A DNA stretch of 64,000 bases from positions 1,302,001 through 1,366,000 of the forward strand of contig OX597838.1 of the NCBI GenBank assembly GCA_951406725.2. Reading direction: 5' to 3'. The translations under genes and the position numbers were made by a program. Shown here one piece after another: positions 28,333 to 41,829 of the stretch. The notes under the pieces are model-generated. The model was not told the origin of the DNA, ran no database searches, and saw nothing but the letters and a program-made list of their open reading frames with translations. This DNA is from Octopus vulgaris (Eukaryota). Position 1 is the first letter of the stretch; every line of letters starts with the position of its first letter.

Positions 28333-29664
28333 TGGATAATCTCAGTTGGTGTCGCCTGGGAATCCAGTCGGAAAGTCCAATAAGAGTTAACCTATGGACG
28401 AGGTGCCTGACGACTCCACCGCCACCATCCCACCCACCCAATAATTATGGACGGAGAAGATGACTTGAAGGATATATATATTGGTCAATACCTGATATTA
28501 TACCTCAGCTATCATTGTAATAAATAGAGGAATAAAAAACACTTCAGAGACGTCTGCAGTGTACGTGATAATAAAGTAGCTGAACGCTGGTAATCCTGGA
28601 TAATTAAACAGCCCACGCAGCAGAACCAGGAATTTAAAACTATCATATGATAGATAATAATTCACAGAACTTATTCACTAACTATATACTATGCTTTAAA
28701 AAATGTTTCAGAGATTCTACCACTCCCAACAGATTCTGAGAGCAGGATATGAAGTCAAAATGTTGAAGAAATTTCCGTTATCAGGGATGGCGTGGGGGAT
28801 ACAACAATGACGTAAGCATTGACAACCTGGTTGCTAATCCATCAGCTGTATATCAGAGAATGAAGCGAAACAAGAGCTTCGTAGAAAGATCCCTTTTTCA
28901 GGAAGATTTCAAATAATTTTGGTCTAAATTTTGGTCTGCAAACACAACGGAAGCAACATCAACAATAACATTTACATAACCGACATTTAAACTTTCACAA
29001 AGGCTGTGGCAAAAGTGCATCATGAGATGCATTCGGAAGAAAACTCGTAGTTGGATATCATTACATAATGTTGGCATTCTACAGAGTCATTGATATTTAT
29101 TTCTAAGAACTATGGAGGACCAAACTGACATACCGAGTGGCTGGTCTGAGCAAGGAGGCGTTATAAACCTGACTCTCAATCTTTTCCTCTAAGACCATAA
29201 TGAATCCAAAAATATCATGAATACTGTGCAGGCAAAGCGAATGAGGTTTGCTGGAAGGTAGAATTTGTGGGGGACGAACGGAGAAGATTCACGAATTTGG
29301 GCAGAAGTTCCCTGTTTTAAATTTCGTGCTTACACATGCATGAACACACATGTACACGCACGTACATACATGCAAACACAAACGCGTATGCGCATATATT
29401 CAGATAGACAAACTTGCATGTCGCTCGATCAGTAAAATATAGCAGTCAAATATCCTTCGGATCTCACTCTCCCAACCCGATAATGGAACACAATATTAAA
29501 CAAGGAAGCCCTATTTCTGAATAAACGATGAGATGGTCATAGGTGGACTTTCTTTGTTTATAATGACCACAGATATTCTACCTACACACAACAACAACAA
29601 CGACAGCAACAACATACATGTGAATGTGTAAGACGGAAATACAAAATGGAATGACGTCACTTAC

Positions 29665-29845
29665 GATTCTGTGTAATCGTTTATCTTTTGGCCATGTCTT
29701 TTCCAAGTGATACCTTCAAATTTGTAGGTGCATGTTCCCAGTCGGCAACTCACCACAATTGGCTGATTGATTGGAACCCAGAAATCCTTCTTATTAATTA
29801 CTGGAATGCAGTCTTCGACTGCTTCAGACTTTATTACTGACAACA
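29665..29845 (-). CDS. Coding exon 2: end of signal peptide and N-terminal half of the Ig domain
   Basis: Acceptor tttattttgcag, donor GTAAGT, 181 nt, phase 1 to 2. Encodes LSVIKSEAVEDCIPVINKKDFWVPINQPIVVSCRLGTCTYKFEGITWKRHGQKINDYTE with B-strand Cys (VVSC) and C-strand Trp (ITWKR). Confidence 0.88.
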
Positions 29846-30022
29846 CTGCAAAATAAATAAATAAATAAGGTGATTCAATGACTCGGAAAACTGAAGTTAG
29901 CGATAGAGTGAGGTCTCGAATGCCGGAGCGAACAGCTACGATACACTCTCGTCGGCTATCAATGGCAACAGACGTTACGAAAAATGGTTAATCTTGAAAT
30001 ATACTTAATAATGACATACATA

Positions 30023-30897
30023 TAAGGTGGTATAAAATGTTCCCGGACTAGTTCTGTAGCGCGCCAACAGATGGCAACACACGGTTGCATGCGCAGTGAG
30101 AGCTACCATGAACTTTATGAGGCAGTGTGGCGAGTAACATTGCTGTGTTTACTTCACAAGTTGTGAAATTTGTATTCTTGTGATCAGCTGTATGCTGCAG
30201 TCTGTGATTTTTGATATGGACAGGAAGTTGGAACAAAGAGCCAACGTGAAATTATGCGTTAACCTTGGGAAGTCTGCTACAAAAACACTGAGTACGCCTT
30301 GGCAAGCTTACAGCGATGAGGCAATGGGTCGCACGCAAAGTTTTGAGTGGTACGGGCGCTTCAAAAGCGGAAGAACGTCCCTAGAAGACGGAAATGTGGT
30401 GGAAATTGATCAGCTTGTGCATGTGGATTGTCAGAGAACAATCAACGACGTTTTGAAGTGTCTGAGGAAGGACATTCGGCGAAAGCGACCAGATCTGAGG
30501 AGCGCGAAGAATTGGAGTCTTTACGACGACAATGTACCCTGTCACCGAGTTCTTTTCACTTTGAGTTTCTCGCCCAAAACAACATGGTATCTCTTCTGCA
30601 CCCGCCCTATTCGCCAGATTTATCACCTGCGGACTTCCATCACTTCCTTCAGATGAAAATGCATATCAAAGATCGCAGTTTTAACACCGTTGTCGAGATC
30701 GAGAGCGAAATGCAGAAGGTCCTCGACTCGCTAACGGAAAACGACTTCCAGGCCGAATTCTAAAATTATTAGGAACGCTGAGACCGGTGTATTGCTGCGC
30801 AAGGCGACTATTTCGAAGGTGATGATGCTAAAACCGAGGTAAATAAAGGATTTTTTATTAAACATAACTAGTCCGGAAACCTTTTGATACCATCTCG
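30023..30897 (+). mobile_element. Internally deleted mariner with both TIRs, in an intron of the Ig gene
   Basis: Left TIR taaggtggtataaaatgttcccggactagtt after TA; right TIR aactagtccggaaaccttttgataccatctcg. Motifs EQRANVKLC, FEWYGRFKSGRTSLED, YDDNVPCH, HPPYSPDLSPADF. Confidence 0.9.
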
Positions 30898-30936
30898 TCT
30901 AGACACACACACACACTCACATACACACACACACAC

Positions 30937-31011
<75 letters not shown>

Positions 31012-31769
31012 TTGAATGGGCTCAAACCACCCTGACACTGAATCTTACGGCTGAGGAGAAGTTTCCGTGTTCATTTGTCCTTCTCTGTTAACACTTTTCC
31101 ATACCATCTCACTTTTATTTGCACAAACATTTCTAGCGCACTCAATATCCTTCTCAGGTTACCCCAACAGATGCTTTCTCTCAGAGTGATCATTCCATCC
31201 TTTTCTCTTCTTTACATCTTTCTATTTGTTTGTCTGTTTGTCTGTAATTTTCCGTCTTACTCGTATGCCATTGTTCTCCGTATTCTAACTCTTCAAACTT
31301 TTGCATTATACTGTCCTCTCCTGAATGATATTTACAAATAATGGCACTCACTAGATGAATGTGGTTAAATGCGCCCAAACTACCAGAAGTCTGGATCCTA
31401 CAGCTGACGGGAGCTTTCATATGCCCATACATTCATTTATGTTTATAAGTATGACACTAAAATGCATCATTGTATGACATAATACGTGCTCATCTGAGAC
31501 GTGAGTAGAGTAAGATAGTTATGGATTATAAATTAATTATGAATTAGAAATGTATTATTTTCCATTTTACTATGCGTTCTGCACGCTGAAATCTTCCTAA
31601 TCGATCTTTTGATTTACTAAACGAACAGGGACACGAGCATAATTATATGGCTCCAAAGTTCACAACGATTATCACTCGTTGATCTAGTTAGCCAAATTGT
31701 ATTACTACAGAGGGCTCAAAAAATTATTTGCCTGGATTTTAATCTCCCTACTCTTTTTGTATGCGTGTA

Positions 31770-31831
<62 letters not shown>

Positions 31832-31949
31832 AGCGTGTATATGCAGCTATGTATGTGTCTGCTATATACAAACACATTGAAAGAATATAGTTTAATTATC
31901 TGTGCATATATATGTGTGTGTATATATGTATGTATATGAGTATTCGCCA

Positions 31950-32125
31950 TGCTGGACCGCGGAACTCTACAGGTCTTTTTTTATCATTCTCTCTCTGTTT
32001 ATTTCCTCTTATTCCTTTCTGTTGAAGAGCGTAGGCTCGAAACGTAAAAAACCTTTTCATTTTTCATGAGCGTCAAATTAATACACTTGCTTGTTGTTCA
32101 TACACCTGACTTCGTCTTTTGTTTT
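31950..32125 (+). mobile_element. Short TA-flanked element with degenerate hammerhead motif; 3' part resembles the satellite core
   Basis: cttt-CTGTTGA-a-gagc-gtag-gctc-GAAAC-GTA, then taatacacttgcttgttgttcatacacctgacttcgtcttttg. A related copy at ~39500-39710 reads CTGAAGA-a-gagc-ttt-gctc-GAATC-GTA. Confidence 0.6.
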
Positions 32126-32145
32126 TCTATAAAGTTCAACTATAC

Positions 32146-32207
<62 letters not shown>

Positions 32208-32625
32208 TATTTATTTTTCACTTGTTTCAGTCATTTGACTGTAGCCATGTTAGAGCACCGCCTTCAGTCGAGCAAATCGACCCCATGACTTGTTCTTTGT
32301 AAGCCTAGTACTTATTCTATTGGTCGCTATTCCCAAACCGCTAAGTTACGGGGACGTAAACGCACCAGCATTGGTTGTTAATATACGACAGGCTTCTTTT
32401 CAATTTCTGTCTACCAAATCCACTCGCAAGGCTTTGGTCGGCTCGAGGCTATAGTAGAAGACACTAGCCCAATGTGCCCCGCAGTGGGACTAAACCCGGA
32501 ACCATGTGGTTGGTAAGCAAGCTTCTTACCACACATCCACGCCTGCTCCTATATATATATATTAATGTATATATATGTATGTGTGCGTGTATTTATATAT
32601 ATATATATATATATACACATACAAA

Positions 32626-32681
<56 letters not shown>

Positions 32682-32948
32682 ACGAATGTGAAACTCTATT
32701 GCGCCGCCGTGTACTTCGTTCCATCATCTGTTAGTACCACTGTTGTTAAAGTTGTTAATTGTAATGACGTCATAGAATATAATAATCATTCCCATGAACA
32801 TATGACAGAGTAATTGCTAGCTTAAACCGTTAAGCCTACAGATAAATGTATGCCTAAACGCATCACCCACTCGCGCACGAGCACTCACCTACACATACCT
32901 GTACATTCATTCTCCACCATCAACAACACTTTAAAATACACGCACATA

Positions 32949-32989
<41 letters not shown>

Positions 32990-33760
32990 CATACACATAC
33001 AAGTACACATACGCGCACACGATCGTGCTTGTTTATAAATTTGAGCAATATGTTTAAATTAGACAACGCTTATAAAAGACAATATTTATAGTATTTATAT
33101 TTATATTTATATTTATATTTATATTTATGGTGCAATATAAAAGAATCCTAATAATGTTCAACTGTTGAAGTTTTAATAGAGTGAATTATCTGCGTATAAA
33201 AGATGTTTATAATGTGTTGTTGTTTGAAGATGTAATGTGCTGGAGTATCTTAGATATAGAATTAGGTTATAATGTATCCTTGTTTTAGGTATGATGCACT
33301 GGAATTGTTTATCTTTTAAAACTAAATAAAGCTCATGATTATTCACTTAGACAGTAGATGGAACTTTATAAAACTTTATGAACTGTATATAATCTCTATT
33401 GAAATATTTTAGGAATTGGTCCGACTTTTAAGATAGACTTGAATAATGGTGTGGAGTTTGGACCCAGAATTTCTTCGTTGTTGCAAGCAATCTTTCTATG
33501 TATGTTAAAGTAGTTAAGTTTGAAGACTGGCTCTTCCTAACGTCTCTTTGTCCATATCCCTGCATTATCTTAACTTGCCGTTCTTATGGGAAACTTCGGG
33601 GTACAACTTGCTGTTGGTTGTCATTGCATTGGTGTTCTTTTGTTGTTGCTTTTGTTTCTGCAAGGATTCCACAACCGCCAGGCTCTGCGTATTCTCATAA
33701 AACATTATGGCTCACATCAAGAAGACAATTATAAATCCAGTAATAGCTAAGGATACTTAC

Positions 33761-33800
33761 AAGTAATCCAATATAAGAGGTTAGATAATCCGTAATCCAT
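33761..33800 (-). CDS. First coding exon of an Ig-domain cell-surface protein (signal peptide MDYGLSNLLYWIT-L)
   Basis: ATG at 33800, 13 codons plus 1 nt, then donor GTAAGT. Phase 1 matches the next exon (T+TG = Leu), giving MDYGLSNLLYWITLLSVIKSEA|VED. An acceptor ttttctcaattttag ending at 33864 suggests the exon starts at 33863 with 5' UTR. Confidence 0.75.
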
Positions 33801-35385
33801 GAATTGCGCAGCAGTTTAGAAAAGCGGTAGATGTGATCTGTATGCGATATGGAACTTCGGACTCTAAAATTGAGAAAAGGTAATGTTAAAATATATATGA
33901 TTGGTTATATAAAGAAGAATGAATGCTTATACATACATGGTGGTGGAGGTGGTGATGGTGGTGGGTCCCCTTCATTAAACAATCGATCAGTTGAATTCTC
34001 TGTTCCAAAATTAAGGCATAAATGGCTGAGTATCTCACAGACATGTGTACCCTTAACATAATTCTCAGGCAGAATCAGCGAGTGACAGTGAGTGATGAGG
34101 TTGTACTTGTGCAATTACAGCCGATTCGCTGCTATACAGATTCCTTCTACACAGTTTCACTCACAAAGTATGGGTCGACCCAAAGCTATAGGAAATGGCG
34201 TTTGTCCATGATGCCATCAGTGGCATTGAACCCAGGACCTCGAGGTTGCGAAGCAAACTTTTTAACCATTCGGCTATACTGTGCACCCCTCCCCCGCATC
34301 AGACATGTTCTGTTTGAATATACATTATATATGGTAAATGCGTGTTTGTAGTGAAGCAAAACAAGATTTAATCGAAGCAGTGTAAATGCATAAAGAGAGG
34401 CACCAACGAATGTAAAACATGCTTTTATGTATTTCTCTACTGACAGAAATAGAATAAATAACCTGATTCAGCTTTTCAGATCTTATTGGAAACTTCTTCA
34501 GAGAAACATGTAGCTAATTTGATAATGCTTTTTTGCTTCATATACAAGCAGCCCCCAGGGTATGCATGTGTCTCATATGTTATATCTCATTAACATGATT
34601 CTCTAACAGTCTGGATATCCTACTTTTTTTGTACAATGCATGTCCGCCAACGAACCCGGGGAGACAGCGACATCATAATAGAGCAGTGTTTTGCAAGCAA
34701 CCTCATGTCTCAATCTTGTCATAAAATCATTTCAGACTTTTCACGTCTGAATCTTGACTCAGAACACACAGAAATGTAAGAACTAGGTGGGTAGAACATA
34801 TTATTTTACATCTGTAAGCATCGACTTGAAATCTAGAAAACACTATTACAAACGATGTTGTATGTAATTGATAATGTACTGTATGAAATAAAACCAAGAG
34901 ACGAACAGATTGAGAGAACTACACACGAATATACATTTATATACAAAGACAGAAAACGTCGACTAAGATAAAAGCGTAACACATACACACACTCACATCA
35001 CACACCCATACACAGTGCATCAATAGAGCCTGTTGCATAGATGCCGTACATATTGTGCACTGACGTATGCAGCAGGAGCTTTAGATAACTGACGAATGTT
35101 TAGTTACTTTTCAGGGAGTTATAAGAAGAAACCTTAATGTTTTCATATGTGTTCCCTCTGCAATTGGCATTGCAGGAGAAAGTCTACAGGAAACCATTTG
35201 TAATGATTTATTAGGTGTGGTCATAACAGACAGTCAATGATTAGCAGCTATGATTATAAAATATGTACATGGACACACTGGTACGACTGTATGTTTAAGA
35301 AGTTTACTTCGTAACCACGTGATTCAAAGTTTGGTCTCACTGCAAGACTCCTTATATAAACATTGATCACTTTGGGAGGGTTTTG

Positions 35386-35460
<75 letters not shown>

Positions 35461-35751
35461 TATATATATATATAGTTCATAGATGAGAACCAAATATCCT
35501 CCGTACAGAATACACTTAGTAGTGCTCAAGAGAGTTAAACTTGAGCGAGTACAGAAGTAAATGTAGGGATAAGTAAATGAGACAGATCACTATATAAAGT
35601 ATATTAAATACATGAATTACAATAAAAAGAAAAGAAGCCTATGTATGTATACATATGAAAATGTCCGACTTATACAGAATACAAATGGTATAAAGAATTA
35701 AGTATCTGTTTCCACAAATGATTTCACATCCAAAATCTTGCAAAACAAATA

Positions 35752-35800
35752 CATAAACGTATATATTTATATATGATATTGTATCATATCATATATAAAT

Positions 35801-35852
<52 letters not shown>

Positions 35853-36782
35853 ATTGCATCATATTATATATACATTACACACACACACACACATATTGTT
35901 GTATTTAGGAATGGTCATTTTGCCAGTTTAGCCAATAAAAACACACGCACTATATATTTGGTGTTTCTTTGCTTCAGCGTTATTTATTTTTTACATTAAT
36001 CTTAATCTTATTTCGGCCAGAGTTCTTTCGTCACACTCCTGTGACCGCATCAGTGGTCCTTTGCTTTCTTCTTTCCTATTTGTGTGTCTCTCCTTACTAA
36101 CGGTCAGCCATTTTGTATTTCTATTGTATGTGTCTTCCTTTGCGCATGCGTATATCTCAATGTGTGTCTATGTTTAGTTAGTGCGTGTGGAGGGAAGTGC
36201 CTGTAATATTAATAATACACAAATAAATAAACAAATGGAAGTAAATAACTATATACATTTTTTTATTATTACTATTATTATTATTATTATACATACATAC
36301 ATACCTACATGATAATAATAATAATGATGATAATAATAATAATAATAATAAGTAGGTGTAAACACATGAATAAAATATAAATTAAAAAAACAAAAACAAA
36401 AACAAAATCAAAAACAACAAAAAGAAAATACAAAAACAAATTACACGAACGTATATAAACAGGAGATAAAAAATATTACAGGCGCATTCCCACACACACA
36501 CACTAACTAAACATAGACACACATAGAGATATACGCATGCGCAAATGAAGACACATACAATAGAAATACAAAATGGCTGACCGTTAGTAAGGAGAGACAT
36601 ACAAATAAGAAGGAAGAAAGCAAAGGACCACTGATGCGGTCACAGGAGTGTGACGAAAGAACTCTGGCCGAAATAAGATTAAGATTAATGTAAAAAATAA
36701 ATAACGCTGAAGCAAAGTAACACCAAATATATAGTTGTGTGTGTTTTTATTGACTAAACTGGCAAAATGACCATTCCTAAAT

Positions 36783-36842
<60 letters not shown>

Positions 36843-36849
36843 ATGTATG

Positions 36850-36899
<50 letters not shown>

Positions 36900-36955
36900 A
36901 TGTATATATAATATGATACAATATCATACATATATATAATATATATATTTATGTA
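35752..36955. repeat. Long inverted repeat of a hammerhead-bearing element
   Basis: 35892-36210 is the reverse complement of 36471-36790 with scattered mismatches, and similarity extends into the flanks. Each arm has ggacca-CTGATGC-ggtcac-aggagt-gtgac-GAAAG-aa-CTC-tggcc (36625-36669 on +, 36015-36059 on -). Confidence 0.85.
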
Positions 36956-37133
36956 TATATATATGTGTATATATATATAATATATATGTATATATATATA
37001 TTATATATATATATGTATATATATATAATATATATAGACATATATATATGTTTTATATATAATGTATATATATATATGCATATATACACATATATGTGTA
37101 TATATATACATATATATACATACATATATATAT

Positions 37134-37209
<76 letters not shown>

Positions 37210-37211
<2 letters not shown>

Positions 37212-39399
37212 ACAAAAATAAGCAACAAGAATGACTCCGGTAATTTGAGAACATTGTCACCTATACATGCTCAAAACACGCTCCTACGAAATTCACAAAC
37301 ACAAACAGAAACCGGCTCCCTAGAAAGAAAAGAACACTCATCAGGCGCATCAAAAGACTCAATAAAAAAATTAAAATACTCACACATACAACATCCACAT
37401 TCAACAACAATGAAAAGGCTGGAGTTGAAAAAACTTAATCTGCAGACCGACATGAAAACCTCCAATGAAAATCAAAGAGCTGAGGAGGAACAGTGGGTAA
37501 TCAAAAACATCAAACAGAACCCAAAAGTGTTCTATTCTTATGCAAATAAGCATAGAACCGCTGTCTCACCCATTGGACTATTGATCGATGATAACGGTAT
37601 TCTCCAACACGATGCTAAAGAAATGGCAGAAATACCGCAGTGACAATATTGCTCTGTCTTTAGTGATCCCACTGATATTGACGTAAGAGAAGCGAACGAA
37701 GTTGACTCCCAACATAAAATCTCGGACATAATCTTCAATGCCTCAGACATCATAGCGGCAATAAATGAGGTCAAATGCTATTCTACTGTAGACCCTGATA
37801 GATTCCTCGCTAGTCTCCTGAAGGAATGTAGACACCAACTTGCAGTCACTCTGATCAACCTCTGGATAAATTCTTTAGACTCGGGTTATATACCGAACCA
37901 GATCCTATCCAAGTCTGTCATCACGGTTTTCAAACAGGGAAACAGATCCCTCGCAGTGAACTATCACCCAATCTCACTCACCTCCCACATCATTGAACGA
38001 GTGGTAAGATCGAGGATAGCTGACTTCCTGGAGATCCACAAACTCCTAAATGCAAATCAGCATGGCTTTCGCTGTGACAGGGACTGTCTAACACAGCTCT
38101 TACACCACATTGAAGATATACTTAAAGCCTTGGGAACAGGTTCGAACTCTGATGTCATATATCTTGACTTCAGTAAAGCGTTCGACAGGGTTGACCATAA
38201 TATCTTACTCTCAAAATTGGCAAATGTTGGAATCCATGAAAAAATTCTACACTGGATTAAGAATTTCCTGGCGAATAGAACACGACATGTTGTGGTCAAT
38301 GGAGTCCACTCGAGCCAAGCAAAATTCACCAGTGGTGTCCCTCAGGGGACTGTCTTTGGCCCGCTCCTCTTTATAATTTACATAAACGACCTTTCCAGCA
38401 TCGTAAATCACTGTAAAGTGAAAATATTTGCTGATGACACTAAGCTCCAGAACATCATCAATGAAGAAGAAGACCGAACTCAACTCCAGTCTGATCTATA
38501 TGCTGTGAGTCAATGGGTAGACAAAAACAAAATGCAATTAAACGAGGGAAAATTTGAGCTGATGCATTTTGGAAGAAAGTCTATACTAAAACAGCCATAC
38601 TCTCTTCCTTCAGGGGAACCGCTCACAGCCTCTAACAATATCAGAGACCTGGGTGTAATTGTTGATAACAATCTCAGTTGGAGCACCCACATCAACAATA
38701 AGGTTGATATAGCTCGTAGGATGAGCTCCTGGATCTTAAGAACTTTCCGGTCCAGAGAACAAGGTGTCATCATTCCACTTTTCTCCTCCTTTCCACGGCC
38801 ACACCTCGAATACTGTTGCTCCTTGTGGTCTCTCCATGCAAAACAAAACATCTCGAAAACTGAATTACCCCAGAGGGTACTCACTAAACGAATTGAAGAT
38901 ATGACTCATCTCGATTACTGGGATCGCCTTAAAGCCTTGAAATTCTACTCTCTCCTGCGCCGCCGCAAGTGGTACATCATTTGTACGATGTGGAGATTAT
39001 ATACCGCCATCATTGCCGAAATGATCTGAACATTAGTTTCAAGGTTCCTCGAAGGCTGGGACTACGGGCCATACGTCCCCTGCCCAATTCAGGATCACAA
39101 CATATAGGTACAATGCGACATAATTTCTTTTTCTCAACAGGCCCTGCCCTGTTTAACGTTGTCCCCAAAATGATTAAAGAGGAAAAGGATCCCATCACCT
39201 TTAAACGGAGTCTGGACAGATTTCTTCAAGGAATACCAGACAAGCCACCCATACAAGGATTCAACTCACTCAACAAGAACTCACTATTTGAAAGGACCAT
39301 AAACAAAACTTGACTTTAAGAGGATTTAGATAATCCTATCAGGTGGTGATATTAAGTTAGACATGGCGTGGACCAATCTTTGGTCGAAACATATCTAAG

Positions 39400-39400
<1 letters not shown>
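37210..39400 (+). mobile_element. 5'-truncated CR1/L2-group LINE, RT pseudogene
   Basis: [62 protein letters not shown] and PHLEYC motifs, with stops and frameshifts; 3' stem-loop gacca-atctt-tggtc-gaaac; flanked by (TA)n. Confidence 0.93.
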
Positions 39401-39460
<60 letters not shown>

Positions 39461-40264
39461 TATATACACACATATATATATATATACATATATATATTTT
39501 CAAAATGTAACCACATGTGAATCATTGGCGATTTTTTCCCTTTTGTCTTCCTTTTCTATTGGACTTTCCTCTGTTTCTGAAGAAGAGCTTTGCTCGAATC
39601 GTAAAATCACCTTTCTTTCCTTCCCTGAGCGTCTGCTAATAATTTACATGTACCACATCCTCGTGTTGTATTTGTTTTTCGTTCGTTTTTCGGCTTTTGG
39701 GATTTAGTATATATATATATACAATGATGAAGTTAGTGATAGATATACGTACATACATACACACGTATGTGTGTGGAATTAAAGGCAAAGTTAACTTGGG
39801 CGAGATTTGAACGCATTACATAGAGGACCGAAACTAAACCAAGTAAGGCATTTTGTCTAAGCCTTAGTCAAAGAAAGTCAGCGACTGACTCAGTGAATCA
39901 ACAGCTAAAACAAGTGCAGCAACATCAATTTCAAGTGGTTATTTCAGAGGTGGCTGTGACCGAGCAGAACAACAGATGTTTATCATGTCAAAGAGATTTG
40001 CAATCGTAAAAAAACAAACTGTGACTTTAAACAACCAGAGGAAATGAAATTTACTAAAGCAAGCGCTAACATGAAGGTTGTGTGTCAATTGTCTGCTGTG
40101 ACTGATGGAATTTTCTTGATTTTTCATTTTATTTCTCTATCTATTAATTGCTTCGGCGGTAATTCCTAGGCGGTATTATTAGCTTGCGTAAATTGGAATC
40201 CTGTATTTACCAGGCCTATTATACACATCCCCTCATTTCTCTCGAATTTCATGGCGCACGCACG

Positions 40265-40323
<59 letters not shown>

Positions 40324-40326
40324 ATA

Positions 40327-40368
<42 letters not shown>

Positions 40369-40871
40369 ATCTAACATCATTTCACATTCTTCTCCACGTC
40401 TCTCTTCCCCATATCCTGCTACGATTAACATAAATAGCTATTTGTAAACGAACAGGAAGCGAAAGAAAATAAACTAAGCGCAATAACATGATGACGACAA
40501 CGAAGACGACGATAGTGATGATGATGATGATGATCATCATCATCATAATAGTCATTATCGTCGTCATCATGATCATCATTTACAATAACATTACTACAAC
40601 AACAAAAGGAATGCAAAAAGCATGGCTATCAAGAACGTTATGGTCATTAACACGTCCACAAAATCAACTGTAGCATTATCGTAATTAGCGGTATTTCGTC
40701 TGCGTTACGTTGTGAGTTCAAATTCCGCCGAGCTCGACTTTGCCTTTCATCCTTTCGGGGTCGATAAATTAAGTACCAGTTACGCACTGGGGTCGATGTA
40801 ATCGACTTAATACCTATGTCTGTCCTTGTTTGTCCCCTCTGTGTTTAGCCCCTTGTGGGTAATAAAGAAAT

Positions 40872-40964
<93 letters not shown>

Positions 40965-41238
40965 TATTATTATTATTATTATTATTAGTAGTAGTAGTAT
41001 TAACAACAACCAACAGCATCCACAACAATGTCGTAAAGGACAACAACAACAACACTCATGAATTGACCGAATTTGCAGAACGTTGAAACTGTGACGTCAC
41101 TTATTGTCTGCCTGCCGTCTTCCTATGTATGAAAGCCTATACTGTGTGCATGTATGTTTGTATTGGTATATATGCAAACGTGTGTCACCACAAGCGCTCC
41201 ATAGCGCTAGGATCAATAAGATTTAACGATAAACTTAC

Positions 41239-41340
41239 GGATGCGTTTAGCCTGTATACACAATTTTTAATGTCGTTATGAAAACTAGATAATGTTGCTA
41301 AACTTATGTTTCTCTATGTAGTTTAGTAGTTCTCAAGCTT
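41239..41340 (-). other. Candidate non-coding first exon (5' UTR) of the Ig gene
   Basis: Donor GTAAGT at 41238-41233 in non-repetitive sequence, with GC-richer sequence upstream. The ATG exon has its own acceptor, which implies an upstream exon. Upstream boundary is a guess. Confidence 0.3.
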
Positions 41341-41605
41341 TTTCGGATTGCCACCGCCTTGGCACCCACATCATACTCCTAGTGCCCCCCCACTTCACAA
41401 CAACATACGCAGACCTCTTTCAATAGCAAATTCAAAATAACTATATTTCACTAATAAAACTTAACCTAACCGATTATTTTGTCCTCTTTACAATATGAAA
41501 GACTAAATTTACACCCCACTTGCAGACATGCGCATTGTACAGCGACATCAGCCGCTCAACACCTGACTGAAAGGTACTAAGAAGTAGACTTAGATCCCCG
41601 GGTTC

Positions 41606-41761
41606 CAAGGGCTGACTGAGAGTATCAAGGGCCTTCGGGCATAACTTTACCGGGCCCCTTTGAATGTGTGTTTTAGTAGAGTTAACATGTAGAGTACGGA
41701 CCCCTAAGAGCTCCAGGCCCTCAGGCAGTGCCCGATTGACCGACGGCTTTATCCGCCCCTG
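41606..41761. mobile_element. hAT-like MITE
   Basis: Right end tttatccgcccctg (CAGGGGCGGAT on minus) with a degenerate left end caagggctgactg; internal gggccc motifs. Confidence 0.45.
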
Positions 41762-41829
41762 CTGCGTTCAATAATTTTCAGTTTCTTTCCTTGTTTAGAA
41801 AAAATATGAGCAACTGTGCTGAAGCTCTA

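Noticed and set aside
31060-33500. Additional host exons in non-microsatellite intronic stretches (31060-31430, 33130-33500)
   Set aside because: No open, phase-compatible exon with good splice sites; more likely old LINE debris that I cannot classify.
34462-34506. Possible hammerhead on minus (CTGAAGA...GAAA)
   Set aside because: Stems I and III do not pair convincingly.
37956-39029. 357-aa ORF as an active RT or host gene
   Set aside because: Part of a 5'-truncated LINE with upstream stops, a downstream frameshift and no endonuclease domain.
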